From Terriglobia bacterium (GTDB lineage: Bacteria > Acidobacteriota > Terriglobia > Acidiferrales > UBA7541), in assembly GCA_041478355.1 (NCBI GenBank), contig JBGOVX010000002.1, positions 7,384-71,383 on the forward strand: a stretch of DNA of 64,000 nt. Direction: 5' to 3'. The translations under genes and the position numbers were made by a program. The notes below the pieces were generated by a model that did not search any database, was not told where the DNA came from, and saw nothing but the letters and a program-made list of their open reading frames with translations. Shown here piece after piece: positions 63,429-64,000 of this stretch (position 1 is the first letter of the stretch; each line of letters starts with the position of its first letter).

Positions 63429-63570
63429 TACCCCCTCATCCCCTCCAAATCTCCTCGATTTTCCTGTAACAAAATCCGTTTTGTTGCATTTATTCGTTTG
63501 GGTGAAGGAATAGAGCCGGCAGGATCGTGATAGCGGCTGATATCTCCGGCCCGGAAAAGAGGAAAAGGCA

Positions 63571-63780
63571 ATGCTCAATAATGTTGGAGGAGTTGATCGA
63601 GGAATTCGCATCATTGTCGGGATCGTATTGTTAGGATTGGGTTTACTGCATCTTGTCACTGGAACGTGGGCGGTGATTGCCTACATCGCCGGCGGCGTCG
63701 CGCTCATCACCGGCATCGTTCGTTTCTGCCCGGCGTGGTCAATCTTCGGGATTAACACGGGCTCCGCGGGACACAAGTGA
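63571..63780 (+). CDS. DUF2892 (YgaP-like) small membrane protein
   Basis: 69 aa. NVGGVDRGIRIIVGIVLLGLGL ... GIVRFCPAWSIFGINT is the canonical DUF2892 pattern. Confidence 0.8.
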   Translation: MLNNVGGVDRGIRIIVGIVLLGLGLLHLVTGTWAVIAYIAGGVALITGIVRFCPAWSIFGINTGSAGHK

Positions 63781-63858
63781 CGCTGCGGAACTGGCGCGGC
63801 AGGCCCCGTGCCATTGATTGATGCCCTAGATTGGAGCTAAATGTTGAGGAGGAGAGAA

Positions 63859-64000
63859 ATGGTCAGCGCTAAAGTTGTGTTAACTCAACCGCTAAAGCTG
63901 GAGCGGCAATTCATCGCAACCTCGGGCAGCGAACATCACATGCTGCTCGACGACGCGGCGGGGGCTACAGGCTCCAAGCCCATTGAACTTGTCGCGACGG
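63859..64000 (+). CDS. OsmC/Ohr-family protein (5' part; runs off the window)
   Basis: ATG 63859 follows GAGGAGGAGAG. My own translation is MVSAKVVLTQPLKLERQFIATSGSEHHMLLDDAAGATGSKPIELVAT, which is the OsmC N-terminal pattern (G-x-H-x3-D ... G-x-x-P-x-EL). Confidence 0.55.
   Translation, partial: MVSAKVVLTQPLKLERQFIATSGSEHHMLLDDAAGATGSKPIELVAT

Noticed and set aside
1-64000. CRISPR arrays, rRNA genes, IS elements, toxin-antitoxin pairs and known defence-system genes.
   Set aside because: No regularly spaced direct repeats, no rRNA-like conserved stretches, no transposase, integrase, nuclease or ATPase defence-type ORFs, and no adjacent small-gene pairs with TA-like features were seen in either strand's ORF set.

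Overview
Chromosomal, moderately GC-rich, densely coding window with about 60 credible CDS and one tRNA. I found no rRNA, CRISPR array, transposase, integrase or phage genes. Gene content points to an Acidobacteriota (Terriglobia-like) genome. This is inference from paralogous secreted VWFA-type proteins, a 1178-aa CarboxypepD_reg-type TonB-dependent receptor, DUF2934 fusions and an unusually high share of Sec/Tat-exported hydrolases. Layout: (i) 0-3 kb, VWA-sortase-VWA triad. (ii) 3-4.5 kb, CarS-like membrane protein and a metallophosphoesterase. (iii) 4.6-11.3 kb, minus-strand stress island (PRT, DLH, orphan GroEL, unknown, USP, Zn-ribbon, two DUF2934-Hsp20 proteins) whose three transcription units each carry an identically positioned CRP/FNR-type dyad. 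This is the most interesting signal I found. (iv) 11.7-18 kb, housekeeping genes (GNAT, tadA, trmJ-like, SagB-type dehydrogenase, rpoD). (v) 18.5-29 kb, organic-acid locus: prpB-prpD-MFS diverging from a Tat-signal PrpD-family gene, CoA-transferase, CitE-like lyase and 2-HCT transporter. (vi) 29-52 kb, a secretome region with amidase, multicopper oxidase, Tat-RidA, SorAB-like sulfite dehydrogenase, three COG1228-type amidohydrolases, the TonB-dependent receptor, NHL propellers, cytochromes and an endostatin-like protein. (vii) tRNA-Ser(CGA), M1 aminopeptidase, a hydroxypyruvate reductase/GlcG/glycerate kinase operon, a TsdA-like dihaem cytochrome, and an ECF sigma factor fused to a ZAS anti-sigma domain. 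All product calls rest on motifs recognised by eye in the supplied translations; no database search was possible. Many ORF-track starts were trimmed to internal starts that have a Shine-Dalgarno sequence and a sensible N-terminus.
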